Shown: in pieces, positions 1-12,840 of the stretch
Layout of the letters: every line of letters starts with the position of its first letter
How positions within the stretch are numbered: position 1 is the stretch's first letter
Position numbers and translations under genes: made by a program
Assembly (NCBI GenBank): GCA_012295275.1
Contig: CM022677.1
Span: 14,632,001-14,696,000 of the forward strand
Direction: 5' to 3'
Source of the DNA: Chrysomallon squamiferum
Taxonomy: Eukaryota > Animalia > Mollusca
DNA: 64,000 nt
Notes under the pieces: model-generated
Databases searched by the model: none
Seen by the model: only the letters and a program-made list of their open reading frames with translations
What the model was told of the DNA's origin: nothing

Positions 1-1556
1 CAGTTATCAATACAATCTCACCAGAAGCTTTTAAAATATCGGATTGAACTGAACTGATTAACACAATACAGACATATAGATAGATAGATGGATAGACAGA
101 CCGACAGAGAGATTAAAATGACCAATAAAAGAAAAGATGTTAAAAGCGAGGTTAATATGATATTATATTATAATGCATATACAAACATTTTCTTACAAGT
201 TCATTTGCCTATGAAATATAAAATGTATATCTATATCCATCCCTAGCTATCTTCATGTATCTGTCTATTATTTAACTACATACATTTCAACTTATGTATA
301 TATCCATCATCTAAGGCAAACGGGTATAACCAGATGCTTTTTTTTTTCTGTGTGTGTGTGTCTGTATATCTATTGATAACTGTTTCTTTTTTCAGAAATA
401 ATATCTGAAATAAAGAGATTAACGATAAAAATGACAACGTAACTACAATCATACTAATTAAAATGATAAATAAAATTACAATTAAGAAACAATACTGAAA
501 CAAGTGAAAAAGAAAAGAGTAAGAAAGGAAATAAAATTATTTCAGGCGTATATTTATCATAAAGAAACAATTATATTAAATAGAAATAAAAAATAATATA
601 TAGGTTAAATAAAATCATTTTAGTGAATTCAGTAAATTGAGTGAATGATCTGTATTCAGCAGACTTATGATGTCATTAATAATCATTGAAAAAATATATA
701 TTTCTATGTGATTTCTTTTTGTTATTTTGTTATTTTTTATTATTTTTACTTCACACTCAGTCTTTATTGTATATTTTCTAACGTGTTAAATAGAGTTATT
801 TCCCGAAGGCCACAAACTTCTGAAATAGATTATTCCGCATATGCGATGCGACGGTAAATTAGATTTAAAATAACTAATTGTGTATAATGCTTTGTAACAG
901 ACAGCACCAGCTTAATAACATTCCTTGCGTTTTCTTTGTCTTCTAAATAACCAGTTTACTTTAGTTTTGATTTATTTAATGTATTGTTATCATTTATTTA
1001 ATGTTTTTATTCAAGTTAATTTATTTCTTTTCGATTTGTCTCTTTAAAAACAATGAATTTATTTACAAATTATTTTTATATGAAATTTGTTGTATATTTA
1101 CGCATATACAATACACCATATTTAGGACAATATTTGAAAGCTATTTAATAATACTTCATCTAATTTACAAATCATAAAAAGTTGAGAAAATAGACGTAAA
1201 ATAGTTGAAATTGGAAGTTCAAAAACCCGATCAGACGGTTTCCGAGCGATCACGGAAACTTCCGATCGAAATCCAAAATGGCAGCGTCGAACGCCGATCA
1301 GTGTTCATAAACTTTTAAACATCCAGTCAAGTCTATATGGATTATTAAAAATAATTTGAGAAAATAATTAATATAACTAATGCCGTTTATACGTATATGC
1401 CTATTACTGAGCAGTAATTGCTGCAAAGGTCGAAACCAATTTTTAATTTAATAATTATTTTCTTGGGGGGGGGGACTTTGACGTCATACTATCTCGTACC
1501 CATTTCGTACTAGATTTTTATTTTCCAGATATTATTTCGATGTCTCCAGCCAAAAA

Positions 1557-1615
<59 letters not shown>

Positions 1616-1819
1616 TTTTCACTGACGCTGGTGGATGAATGTTCTCATTAGACACATAATGTGAACACTTACTCTGCTAAAACTCCATAGCGGACAGTGC
1701 TGAGTACGTAGTTGTAAAACAATACTTGAGACCATTATATTTTTATTTTAATATTTATTTTTATTTTCAATACATTAGAGGTGGTACTTACGTGGAAAAA
1801 GGAAACTGATCGCGTGTTA

Positions 1820-2772
1820 TAGAGAAAGAAAGACGGAGATATTGATAGACTGATAGACAGATCAGTAGAAGTTAAATGAATTGAGAGATGTAGATGAATT
1901 TAGGTAGACAGGTGAACATAACAATGTCGATTTATCTATTCTGTGTTTTCTTCTTTCTGTCATGTGTGTTTGTGTGCCAGGCTGAGAGTGTAGACATACA
2001 GTAAAATACATAGGTTGTAATGTAGCTATCTAGACATAGTTAGTTATGTATGTAGGTAGTTTGACAGGGAATTAGATATATGATTGATGGATGGTTATTG
2101 ATCTGTTATAATGTGGATAAACAAATAGGTATGTAGGTCAGTAGTTCAGTAGGTTGATATGTAGATATATGTAGATAGTTATGTAGCAGAGAGACAGATA
2201 GGCAAGTATGGATGGTAATGTGGAAGACTGAATGTATATGCTGGTGTAGGTATACATAAGTTGGAGCAGAGAATAGTATATACATGTGTATGGGAAGGAA
2301 AATTTGCTTGTTTTTTTGAAGAGTGAATATACTGAGTTATGTGTGCAAATATTCAGAAAAACAGGGAGATCTGTAGGTGGATACATAGGAGATGTAGACA
2401 AGGAGATGTTTAAATGACTGATATATGTTATTGATGGTTATTGATTTCAATGGATGGACAAGATAAAAGAAAATTAGATTATATAACTGTTAGTTAGATT
2501 GATTATGTTGATAAACTGAGAAAATGTGTAGATAGACATACATATGGAGATGTATGTAGATAGGTGATATCCACATATATATGCATAAGAAAATGAATGT
2601 GTGTGCGTGTGTGCGTGCGTTTGTCAGTGATAAGGATGGCTAAATATGAGAATTGTAAATGGACACTATCACAGAGAGATAGATATAGAAAGTAGTTATA
2701 ATTATTTAGGGAGATAGTCAGGAAGATGAATAGGTGATTCATGGATGGTTATTGATGGAATGTAATGTAGAT

Positions 2773-2834
<62 letters not shown>

Positions 2835-2960
2835 AGGATAGACAGAGAGATTATATAGAAAGCTAAAAATAGGCAGGCCAGTAGGTTCAATAGATAGACA
2901 GAAAGATAGATAGAAGGATAGGTGTCAAGCAAGATAGGTAATAGTTTCAATAAATACATA
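1820..2960. repeat. Degenerate low-complexity tract (AGAT/GTAG/GTAT-like) with embedded (AT)n
   Basis: Repeated tagata/gtagat/gatag motifs; pure (AT)n at about 2775-2831. The overlapping ORFs are compositional artefacts. Confidence 0.75.
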
Positions 2961-3886
2961 AATAAATAAATGACAACCCTTTATAAACATTTTCTGAGGC
3001 GAAGACAATATAAAAATATACTAAGTTTGTCATTCAGCTGTATCATAATAATAATTTTACATGCGACTGCGCTGACAGCTGGAAAATGACGAATGATACC
3101 GAACAAATCTTTGTAACTACCGAAGCATGCTGGACCATGCTGACATAAATCCACTTATAAGATAATAAACAAAACTGGAGCACATTTTAGAACTGCGCTG
3201 TAGCAAGATTCTGGTGTACACTCTGTATTTCTCAATACTCGGGTTTTCTGTATGAGTAAATATCATCGTTGTTATCACTTACAGTTACCCATATCAACTG
3301 TAGTAAAATTTCACGTACCATTCTTTTCGCTGAATATAAATTTATATGTATGAGGTTTTTTTTTTTGTTTGTTTTAAAATAAAAAAAATAAAATGCAATG
3401 TTATTAATTTAAAAAAGGACATTATCGATATATATGCATATATATATATAATGAACACGTGAAAGAAAGCACATTAATTTATTTCTCAAATTTTTAAAGA
3501 AAAATAATACCCCACTCATCTACCTCTGACTTCTTTACAGTTTGCTGGTTTTGTTACGCATGATTATCACGTATAAACAAACACACGTAGCCCTATGGGC
3601 AGAACATTTTGTGAGAAGGTTATAAAGTAAGCAGACGTACTACTAACAAAAATATTTAAACTTTTACTAATCTCAGTTTTATCTTATAAAGGCTATTCCT
3701 CAAACTTTCGGAGCGGGCGCATCCTACATCAAAATATATTATTATTATCTTTATTAATGTTGCCATCGTTTCGTCGTAAAGTGGTTGTTGCTAATGTTCT
3801 AGGTGTATTTATCATTATTCTTTTGCTTTTTTTAAAACTATTATTCATATCTCTTTAGTGTTCAAATCCCATACTAAAAGGTATTA

Positions 3887-5464
3887 TTACTTTTTTAACG
3901 GCGTTGTTCCTAGCTTTGTTGACTTCCAAAGGGACTGAAGATTATCTTCTCCCAGACAAGCCTGAATTAGCCTTGAAAAAGTAGCATTACACAAACCCAT
4001 GTGCATCGTGGTGTATTCAAAAAGACCCGATGAACCAGTTCGAAATACAGTCTTGGAAATGTCTTCCTCTTCCATGGCACACTGAAGAAATTCATGTGCT
4101 AGATCGATGGAAGAAAAATACTTGGCCCCTTTCATCTGAGGTGGTAATTTTATATTTAATGATGCTACAGTATCCTATATCATGACCACCTTTACTAAAA
4201 CATCATCCTACGTACAGGTTAAGTTATCCCGAATATCCAACTGGTCAAAAATGAAATCATCGCTGGAAACCTTTCCAACCACAGAATCACAGCTCTGCAA
4301 TTCTACACTGAATGGCTCACGTGCAGATGTTGAATTATTGTGTAAATGCTCAACTCTGGTGCGTGGCTGTAAATAAACGTCCTTCTGACTGACATTCGTG
4401 ATTTCAACAGGCGTCAATCCATTTGCCACTATAACCAACTTTATGCTCGCAATAACATACTTTGGCAAACTGCCATCTGCCTCTGAAAGACAATCTAAAA
4501 CAACAGTTCTATGAATGCCTCCAGGGTACCTCCTTGTTGAGCCAGGAACAATCTGCCCAGATCCAGCTGGGATTCGTACAGGTTTCTTACCAGCAACCCG
4601 GACGTACCCAATAATATTCTCAGAGCTACCAGTATTAGACGTTCCAGATGCTGAAATCTCCTGACAATACAGAGCCAAAACCGTCACCAATTTTTTCTTA
4701 ACCGCCTATTACTCCAGGTAAACAGTGTTTCCTCAGATTATTGGGAGAATATTGTAAATCGTTTACCACCAAAAAAAAAAAAAAAAAAAAAAAAATCGGT
4801 TGTACCTAAAATATGCAGATCAATTTCAATGTAGGCTTTAAATGAAATGCTGTGACCACTTGCTGCCGAAACATTAACAAAAGGAGATAAATCAAACATT
4901 TCTCTAACTTTGTCTTTAAAATGATTGTTGCAAAATGTTTCGGTGATGGTAGAAACTTCAGCACCGGTATCTAAGCGACATCTTACATTTGAATTAAACA
5001 TTTTATTAATAGGCTGCGGACATCTGCCGATAGCTTTCTGAAGGACCAAGTCAGTTTTCAGATTTTTACAGCAGGCTCTAATCGTTTAAATGCTGCGACC
5101 ATTGCCATTACGTTGCCTGGGACAGTCTCTTTGAAGATGGCCCAAACGACCACATTTGAAGCAGGCACCATTTCCTCCCTGGCTATTAGTGAAATCTGAA
5201 TTACATTTTGGAGAGGAATGCCTTTGATTAGTTTGAAAATGGTTGGGAGTCAGAAACACTAACTGGAGTTCTTGTTACTGAATGGCAAAAAGTGTCAGCA
5301 AATGCAGGACAGCTTCTCATATGCCTCTCCAACATGTCTCCCTTCCGTTGAAGTAATAACAGAATACTGGCTGAACTGGATTCATGAACAGATATCTCCA
5401 AAGTCAAAAGACGACCACGTTTATGGCAATGAATAACCAAATCTCTCAGCTTGATTGCTTGCAC
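3887..5464 (-). mobile_element. Gypsy/Ty3 LTR retrotransposon relic (gag knuckle, protease, partial RT)
   Basis: Minus strand, in order: CCHC knuckle CFKCGRLGHLQRDC (about 5122-5163), aspartic protease LDTGAEVSTI (ORF 4738-5049), PR-RT spacer (4208-4690), RT fragment GAKYFSSIDL...KTVFRTGSSGLFEY..MHMGLCN (3887-4135). Frameshifted and deleted; no LTR pair found. Confidence 0.9.
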
Positions 5465-6257
5465 TTCTTTCAGAGAACAGCGAATTTATTCTTGATCTTT
5501 ATTCAAACTTCTCCTTTAGGGATATAAAATACTCCAGTTTTGAATTAACATGAATACTGTGTTTTGCCTTCAAATGATTTTCGAGACGAACCCAAACAGC
5601 AAGTACTCAAAAGCATATAGCTGGTGCCAGATGCACGATAACATTAGTGGGTGAACACTTGACTAGACTGCACAAGCTGTTGTGCTCAGCTATGTTGTAA
5701 TTACAATTTTACCCTATAAATTTATAATTATTACCAATATAGGGTAAAATAAAATAAAAATGTTGATATTACTAGATTATTACTGAATTGCACCACATTC
5801 GGAATCACTCCTCTAGAGTTACCTGCCCTTTTGTGTTTTTCCTTAAAGAGCAACAATACATCTGAAGGAAATAGTATTTTATTTGTATAATGATAATCGA
5901 TAGGAATTAAAAATCTATATTATCACCTTGTTAATTTATAAGAGTTGGTTTTCTCAATTGTCCCAATAGTTAATTTTTTCTTGATGTTGTTTTTGTTTTT
6001 TGTTCTTTTCTATAGTTGTTTGTCGTTGTCATCATCATCAGCAGCAGCTGCAGCAGCATCATTATTACCGTTATTTTCTTGTTATTTTTAAGGGCAAAGG
6101 GCGTGTACATGAAACATTAAGCGATGCATGACTGTAGTTTGTATCAATACATTGTTTTAGAAAAACGTTCTTTAAAACAGATATATAGAAGACTACATGG
6201 TTGCTTTGGAGTAACATCAAAGTTTATTATCATCATCATCATGATTATTATCATTAC

Positions 6258-6317
<60 letters not shown>

Positions 6318-6675
6318 CATTATTAAAAGTTGATTTGTAAGTGAGAAAATCTGAGGTAATAATGGCGTATTACTTTAGCTCCTTTTCAGCGGCCGCGCCT
6401 CACATTTTTCTTTCGTAATTCAGCATCATCGAATCTGTAATAACATGTTGTAGATAACGCTGCATCCGAAACACTGTGTTACCTGTAAGTGTGATAGGCC
6501 TGCATCAAAGCTGACACGTCTACAGACACAGTCAGTGACGAAATCAAAGGCAAGTTGTGTTAAAAGAAGTATCCAAGTACAGAAGTGTGATCACTGCACA
6601 TGTAAAATGGAACTGAAGTCAGTAGCGAAAAAAAACACAACGGCTTCCCAACTAAATATCCATAAATATCCAAAT

Positions 6676-6831
6676 AACGTTTGGTACCCATGACGACAGC
6701 CCGGCAGTTTCTAACAGACCATGTAACATGACTAGACCCGTGTAACCACACGACAGCGCGCGATCGACTAGTCCAGCCGCTCTGTTCAACAGCAACATGC
6801 CGTCCAGAGTCGCTGCCCACTCACCAACTGC
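6676..6831 (-). pseudogene. LigB-like gene, exon 4 remnant of copy A (3'-deleted; exon 3 deleted)
   Basis: tttcag|GCAGTTGGTGAGTGG acceptor; near-identical to 27777-27992 until a deletion at about 6676. At about 7057 the two introns flanking exon 3 are joined directly. Confidence 0.85.
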
Positions 6832-8131
6832 CTGAAATATTCAAATAATGAGAACCATCGTGACAACTGTATTAATGAAACAAAAACAAACTGTGATCAG
6901 TTATGTACTAATCACACAAGTCTTTCAACACTGAAGACAAAACAGTTGCAGCATGTTCTTTCCTACCCATAACATTAAACATAAATAGTTTTAGAAATCC
7001 TCCCAAACGTCAGTTACATTCATTAATTCAAACAAATAAATAAGCCTATTTAACACCAGGTAAAAGTTTAATTAATGAAGAAAATACCAACTTGTTATTT
7101 AGGCAGTTTGCTGTGTGACGTGTTAACGTAAGCTGAATTCAAAGATAATGGCAACAGTTCAAAATTAGACATTTGTGAAACTCAAAATGTACAACTTTCG
7201 TCAAATTGAAACATTTTACACAATATTGCAAACGTTCATTATGTTGTGATTTGTTCTGTTTTAATCTTAATTACAGTCCATCCCCTTTATAATATTGACA
7301 GAAACTCTCAGTTAATTTTGGCATTACAAGGAGATGGGTGATAAGTTTTCTGAGGATTAAAGGATTTTAGGTAGTGCCATATGTCATGGTGACCAGTCTG
7401 AGTGGTATTAGTACCTGAAAGGGCAGCAGACTATAATAGCATCACGTGACAAGGTGTTAATTATCTCAGACAGCATAACTATTAAATGACTATTCTGTAT
7501 CGACAAGAGAACAATAACACAAACACGAATTCAGTATGGATAATTATTTTATATAATGCCGATATATATATATATATATAATCTTTTAATTACTAAAATA
7601 CGTTATCTTTCTTTTTATAAACGTAAGTACCACAGAATAACACTATGAAAAATTCAACAGTAATAGATTTAGCTATCTTCAATCATTCAAGATGTATGTT
7701 ACATATACAAAACATTAAAACATAATTACCATTGTCTGCGTTTTCCTTTGTCTTGTGCAGACAAAGACTCTCAAGAATGGCACTGATCAAAGAGATCTCG
7801 TTCAATGGAATGGAATGGAATAAAATTAACGTGCTAATCAGAGCAAGCTGTTGTGAAGCACGTCTGCGACGGGCACGCTTTCTGACAGGTCAGCGGGCGC
7901 GTCCTTCGCAGAAAAGAGTTTTGGGTAGGGAAAAGAATTCGTTCTCGCCACGATTGCAGGACACAGAGGAGTGTCCAGCATATCGGATCGTGACGAGTCG
8001 GTACCGATGTTTCGCAGCCGCAATTCGCCCCCTGTGGTCTCCGGCACAATCTCTCAGCCATCACCGGGTCCGTGTTGTTTGCCGTCCTGGTTGTTCTGCT
8101 CTTGGCTGCTGTTGTTGTTTCTTTTTCTGTT

Positions 8132-8801
8132 TAAAAAAAAAAAGTTTAAAGTTTGTGTTTTGTGTTGAGAATGTAATTTGTTACTGCAGCGAGGACTAAC
8201 TGTCTGTCTTTCATGTTTGGTGCCAGGATGTGTTGGAGCGTGAACTCGATTTTTAGTTCCTCCAGTGTATTGCGTAGTGCTTGTCTTTCCTCGGTGAAAT
8301 TTTGACAGTGAAACAAGTAGTGTTTCATGGTTTCTGAGAGTCCACAGCTGCAGTTGGGTGATGTGGTGATGTTATGTTTGTATTTGATTGCATTTAAGTT
8401 GGTTGAGTAACCAATTCTGGCTTTGGTGAGATTGTTGTTGTGTAGTTTGTTGGTGAGTGTGATTTTGGGTGTTTTGGCGAATGGTTTGATGTTTAAGTGC
8501 CATTTGTTTTTGGTGTTGTTCCGTTCGTTTTACCATTGTTTGTCGTAATGTTTGGCAGCGATGGAGACAATTTCGTTTATTCCGTAATGTATGTCTGGGC
8601 AGATGTCTTCGTCTTTAATGCTGAGTGACTCTTTGGCGTAGTGGTCGGCAAGTTCGTTACCGATGATGCCGACGTGTGCTGGGAGCCACTCCATGGTTAG
8701 TTCTTTCTTGTTGTGTTGTATGTCCTCGTGTAGTTGTTGTATTTTGCTGAGCAGGTCTGGTCTGCTGGAACTTCCGGATTGTATTGAGATCACGGAACTT
8801 T
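8132..8801 (-). mobile_element. I-group LINE copy A, 3' piece (RNase H C-terminus and CCHC finger)
   Basis: WLPAHVGIIGNELADHYAK (RNase H) and ETMKHYLFHC; near-identical to 49030-49699; the 3' UTR is deleted. Confidence 0.92.
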
Positions 8802-9188
8802 ATTGTTGTTATTTCCTTACCTGTTCGCCCCGCTCAGCACGCACTCGGCTCGGCGTACGGAAGAAAGGAAATACCTTCGGGTTTGATCAGTCCGGAGTTG
8901 TTATTATTTTTATTGTTATTGTTATTGTTATTGTTATTGTCATTGTTATTGTTATTGTTATTATTATTATTATTATTTTTGTTGAATTTTATTTATTTTA
9001 TTTTGTTTTATTACTTTATTTTTTACTATTTATTTTTCTCGTGTTTTCCTTTTATTTTTTATTTTATTTTATTTTTTTTTATTTTATTTTATTTTATTTT
9101 ATTTTATTTATTCATTTATTTATTTATTTATTTGTTTATTTATTTATTTATTTTTTTTTTTTTTTTGTTTTTTTTTTTGTGTTTTGTT

Positions 9189-9617
<429 letters not shown>

Positions 9618-9622
9618 ACTGC

Positions 9623-9978
9623 TTAAGGTGAAATTGTCATCGGTAGCGAGTACCGGGACCCAGTTTTCAAACATTCATCTCAGCGCTGCCATGGGAACCG
9701 TGTGTTTACGTTTGTGCGACCGTGTCTGCGTGCGTGCATAAGTAAGTATGTATGAATGTATGTATTGTATTGTATGTATGTGTGTGTGTGTGTGTGTGCG
9801 TCGGTTTGAAAAAGGTGTCTTCCAATGTAAAACTGAATTGGCACATCACGACGGCGCGATTATTAATGCATTTCAAATTCAATGTTTCATTTAAATTTTT
9901 TTTTTTTAGTTTTTAGTAAATAAATAAATAAATAAATAAATAAACAAAAAAAACTATTAATAATAATAATAAGGATGA

Positions 9979-10023
<45 letters not shown>

Positions 10024-10538
10024 TGATGATGATGATACTGATAATAAAAACAACAGCAGCAACCATAATAATAACAACAACAACAACAACAACAACAATA
10101 ATAATTGACAGTGGACGGATGAAACCCGGCGGCTTTTTTCCTTTCCTCTCGTCATATTTTTATTTATTTATTTATTTATTTTTTTTTCAATTATTTTTTT
10201 CTTAATAATTTTTCTTTTTTCTTTCTTTTTTTTTTTTTATTTATTTATTTATTTATTATTTTATTTTTTTTTTTTGCAGTCTTTAAGGTGATATTGACAT
10301 CGATAGTGAGTTCCGAGACCCACTTTTCAAAATATTGTTATACTTTATTACTTGGAAAGGCTGGTACCAGTAAACCTGGAATGTATAAATTACACTGGGT
10401 CCATTATAGAGCATCACCTATATTTTTATTAAGTTCCACTTTTATAAGTAAAAATATTTTTCTTTGAGCTTAATTCTCACATTGCTTATTTACAGAATTT
10501 TCATCATTTATCCCAAATAGTGACTAATGAACTTAAAA

Positions 10539-10590
<52 letters not shown>

Positions 10591-10833
10591 TCAAACAACA
10601 ACAACAAGAACAGTAATAATAATAGGCAGTGAACGGATGAAGCCCGACGGCTTTTTTCTTTTTCTCTCGTCCGCCGAGTGGAGTGCAGTCGACCCGACCC
10701 GACCTGACCCGACCCGACCCTACCCGAGTGTAGCCGAACGGAGCTGAGCTGAGATCGGTTCCCATGGCAACGGTGAGATGAACGTTAGAAAACTGGGTCT
10801 CGGTACTCGCTACCGATGTCAATTTCTCCTTAA
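9623..10833. repeat. About 80-bp imperfect inverted repeats bounded by TTAA, enclosing about 1.2 kb (MITE-like, possibly Kolobok-type)
   Basis: TTAAGGTGAAATTGTCATCGGTAGCGAGTACCGGGACCCAGTTTTC (from 9623) is the reverse complement of GAAAACTGGGTCTCGGTACTCGCTACCGATGTCAATTTCTCCTTAA (ends 10833). A third partial arm lies at 10283-10330. Confidence 0.6.
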
Positions 10834-11078
10834 ACACTGCACAAAAATTAAGAATTAAAAAATAAAAATAAATATATTGACAGTGACACTTTACAGTCCA
10901 TCACCACGAAAGACGAAATGCTGTTCACAACAACAACAACAGCAGCAGCACCACCACGACCACCACCACCAACAACAACAACAGCAATAATGCTAATTTC
11001 GTGCAAAATGACTCGTGAACACAGGATAAGTACGAAACCTTTCTATTATTATCATTACCGCTACTACTACTACTACTA

Positions 11079-11150
<72 letters not shown>

Positions 11151-11461
11151 GTATAGTACAGTACCATAGATGCACAGTACACACACACGCATGGCGCTTT
11201 CTTTCTTTCTTTCTTTCTTTCTTTGAGTAGAAGAAGAACAAGAAGATCGAATACTGCCAGCGCTTTATTTTTGTTTTTTTATTTCTTTATTTTTCTTTTC
11301 TTTTCTTTTATTATTATTTTTATTTTTTATTTTTTTTTTTTTTTTTTCTTTTTTTTGTTTTTCTGTTTTACTTTTTTTTTTTTTTTTTGCTCATGTTTTT
11401 ATCTTATTATTTTTTTTGTCATATTTTTATTTTAAGTTTTACATATTTTATTTTTTTTTTT

Positions 11462-11496
<35 letters not shown>

Positions 11497-11574
11497 CATT
11501 GCCATCGTCATCGTTATTTAGCGCACGCAATAAGAACAACAAAGATAAATAGACCTCGGTTCGTTAAAGCGATC

Positions 11575-11613
11575 GTCTACAGCCACACCACGTTGAAAAC
11601 ACCGGTTCTCGTC
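11575..11613 (+). pseudogene. 5S: 5S rRNA gene, 5' part (nt 1-39), interrupted by the Tx1 element
   Basis: GTCTACAGCCACACCACGTTGAAAACACCGGTTCTCGTC; same upstream flank as the intact copy at 32434. Confidence 0.95.
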
Positions 11614-11693
11614 TTTGGTTATGGTGGCGTCGAGTGTGGACGCGTTTCACATCGGCTCTCACTTCGGAAAGGTTTTGTTGTAAACTAAGTGTT

Positions 11694-12828
11694 ATGTCTT
11701 GGGCGGAAGAATCTGAAAATTACGAAGAAAAGATCAAAGGTATGAATTTAAAAAAAGAAGTAATGAGAAAAAATATTTTTAAAAAAGAATGCACCGTGAT
11801 TGTAAATGTAGAAGATAACAAGAAAATTTCAGCAGGTGATAGATTTTGTAAGTGGCCAGGTGGGTGATGTGATAAAAGCTTGTGTACCGAAAGAATCCGA
11901 CTCTTATGAAATAACACTAGAAGATGTAATACAAGCCAGAATGATTGCGGAAATTGATGAAACAGAATTGAAAGGTCTAAAAATAAAGTCGAGAATTTTA
12001 AAATCTGAAACTGTAGTTGTTTCCTTTTTACACTTGCCTGCATACATAGAAGATGAAGAAATTGAAGAAAAATTGAAAGAAATGAAAATAGAAATTCTAG
12101 AAGACTATACAAAGGACAAAAATTGCAGATGGAACAAGATATGTGAGAGTGAAATTTCCACCCGGAATAAAAAGTTTACCATACTCAATGAAATTTCGGA
12201 CTTACGAAGGAATAAAATATTTTCGAGTTTTACATGACAATCAAATAAAAGTCTGTTACAACTGTATGGCGGATAATCATTTGTTGAAAGACTGTCCAAA
12301 TATAAGGTGTCATAACTGTAAACAAAAAGGACATTTTGCTAGAAACTGCCCGAAGATATTTCTGTGTGAAAAGTGTGGAAAGAAAGAAGATGAATGTGAG
12401 TGTTGGACAGAGTATGACAGTGAAGACAAAAAAACAGTGACAGTGACAGTGATGGTATGGAGTATACTACAGATAATGTAAAATCAAAGGAGAAAAAAAG
12501 AAAGAGAAGCAAAAAGTATCCACAGGATAAATACAACAGAAATGAAAACCAATAAGGAAAAACAAAACTCAGAAAATGGAGAAAAATCAGAAAAACTCCT
12601 GATGAAAACAAAACAGTGAAAAATACTAACAAAGAAGCTGAAACCATCGAAGCAGAGAAAAACAACAAACGAACGAAATTGATCAAGCGTCCTGCAGAAG
12701 AAAAACTGTGGAGCTTGGTAGAAAATAGAAAACAAAAAAAGAGACAAGCAGTGCGCATGAAAAGTGTGAGAGAAAGTGTTGCCAGGGCGATGAACGAGTA
12801 TGGTGGGGTGAATATAGACAAGATATAG
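11694..12828 (+). pseudogene. Tx1 ORF1 (nucleic-acid-binding protein with two CCHC knuckles), frameshifted
   Basis: ATG at 11694 (MSWAEE); fragments VVVSFLHLPAYIEDEEI, RVKFPPGIKSLPYS and CYNCMADNHLLKDC / CHNCKQKGHFARNC across several frames. Confidence 0.88.
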
Positions 12829-12840
12829 AATATTTTAAAA

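Noticed and set aside
5600-5810. Gypsy 5' LTR and primer-binding site (TGGCACCAG on the minus strand near 5621-5629)
   Set aside because: No second LTR copy found near 3.0-3.9 kb, so the boundaries cannot be supported.
10105-10150. Module 1 (GGATGAAACCCG) as a hammerhead ribozyme or tRNA fragment
   Set aside because: Lacks the CUGAUGA...GAAA core with flanking stems and has no cloverleaf or B box.
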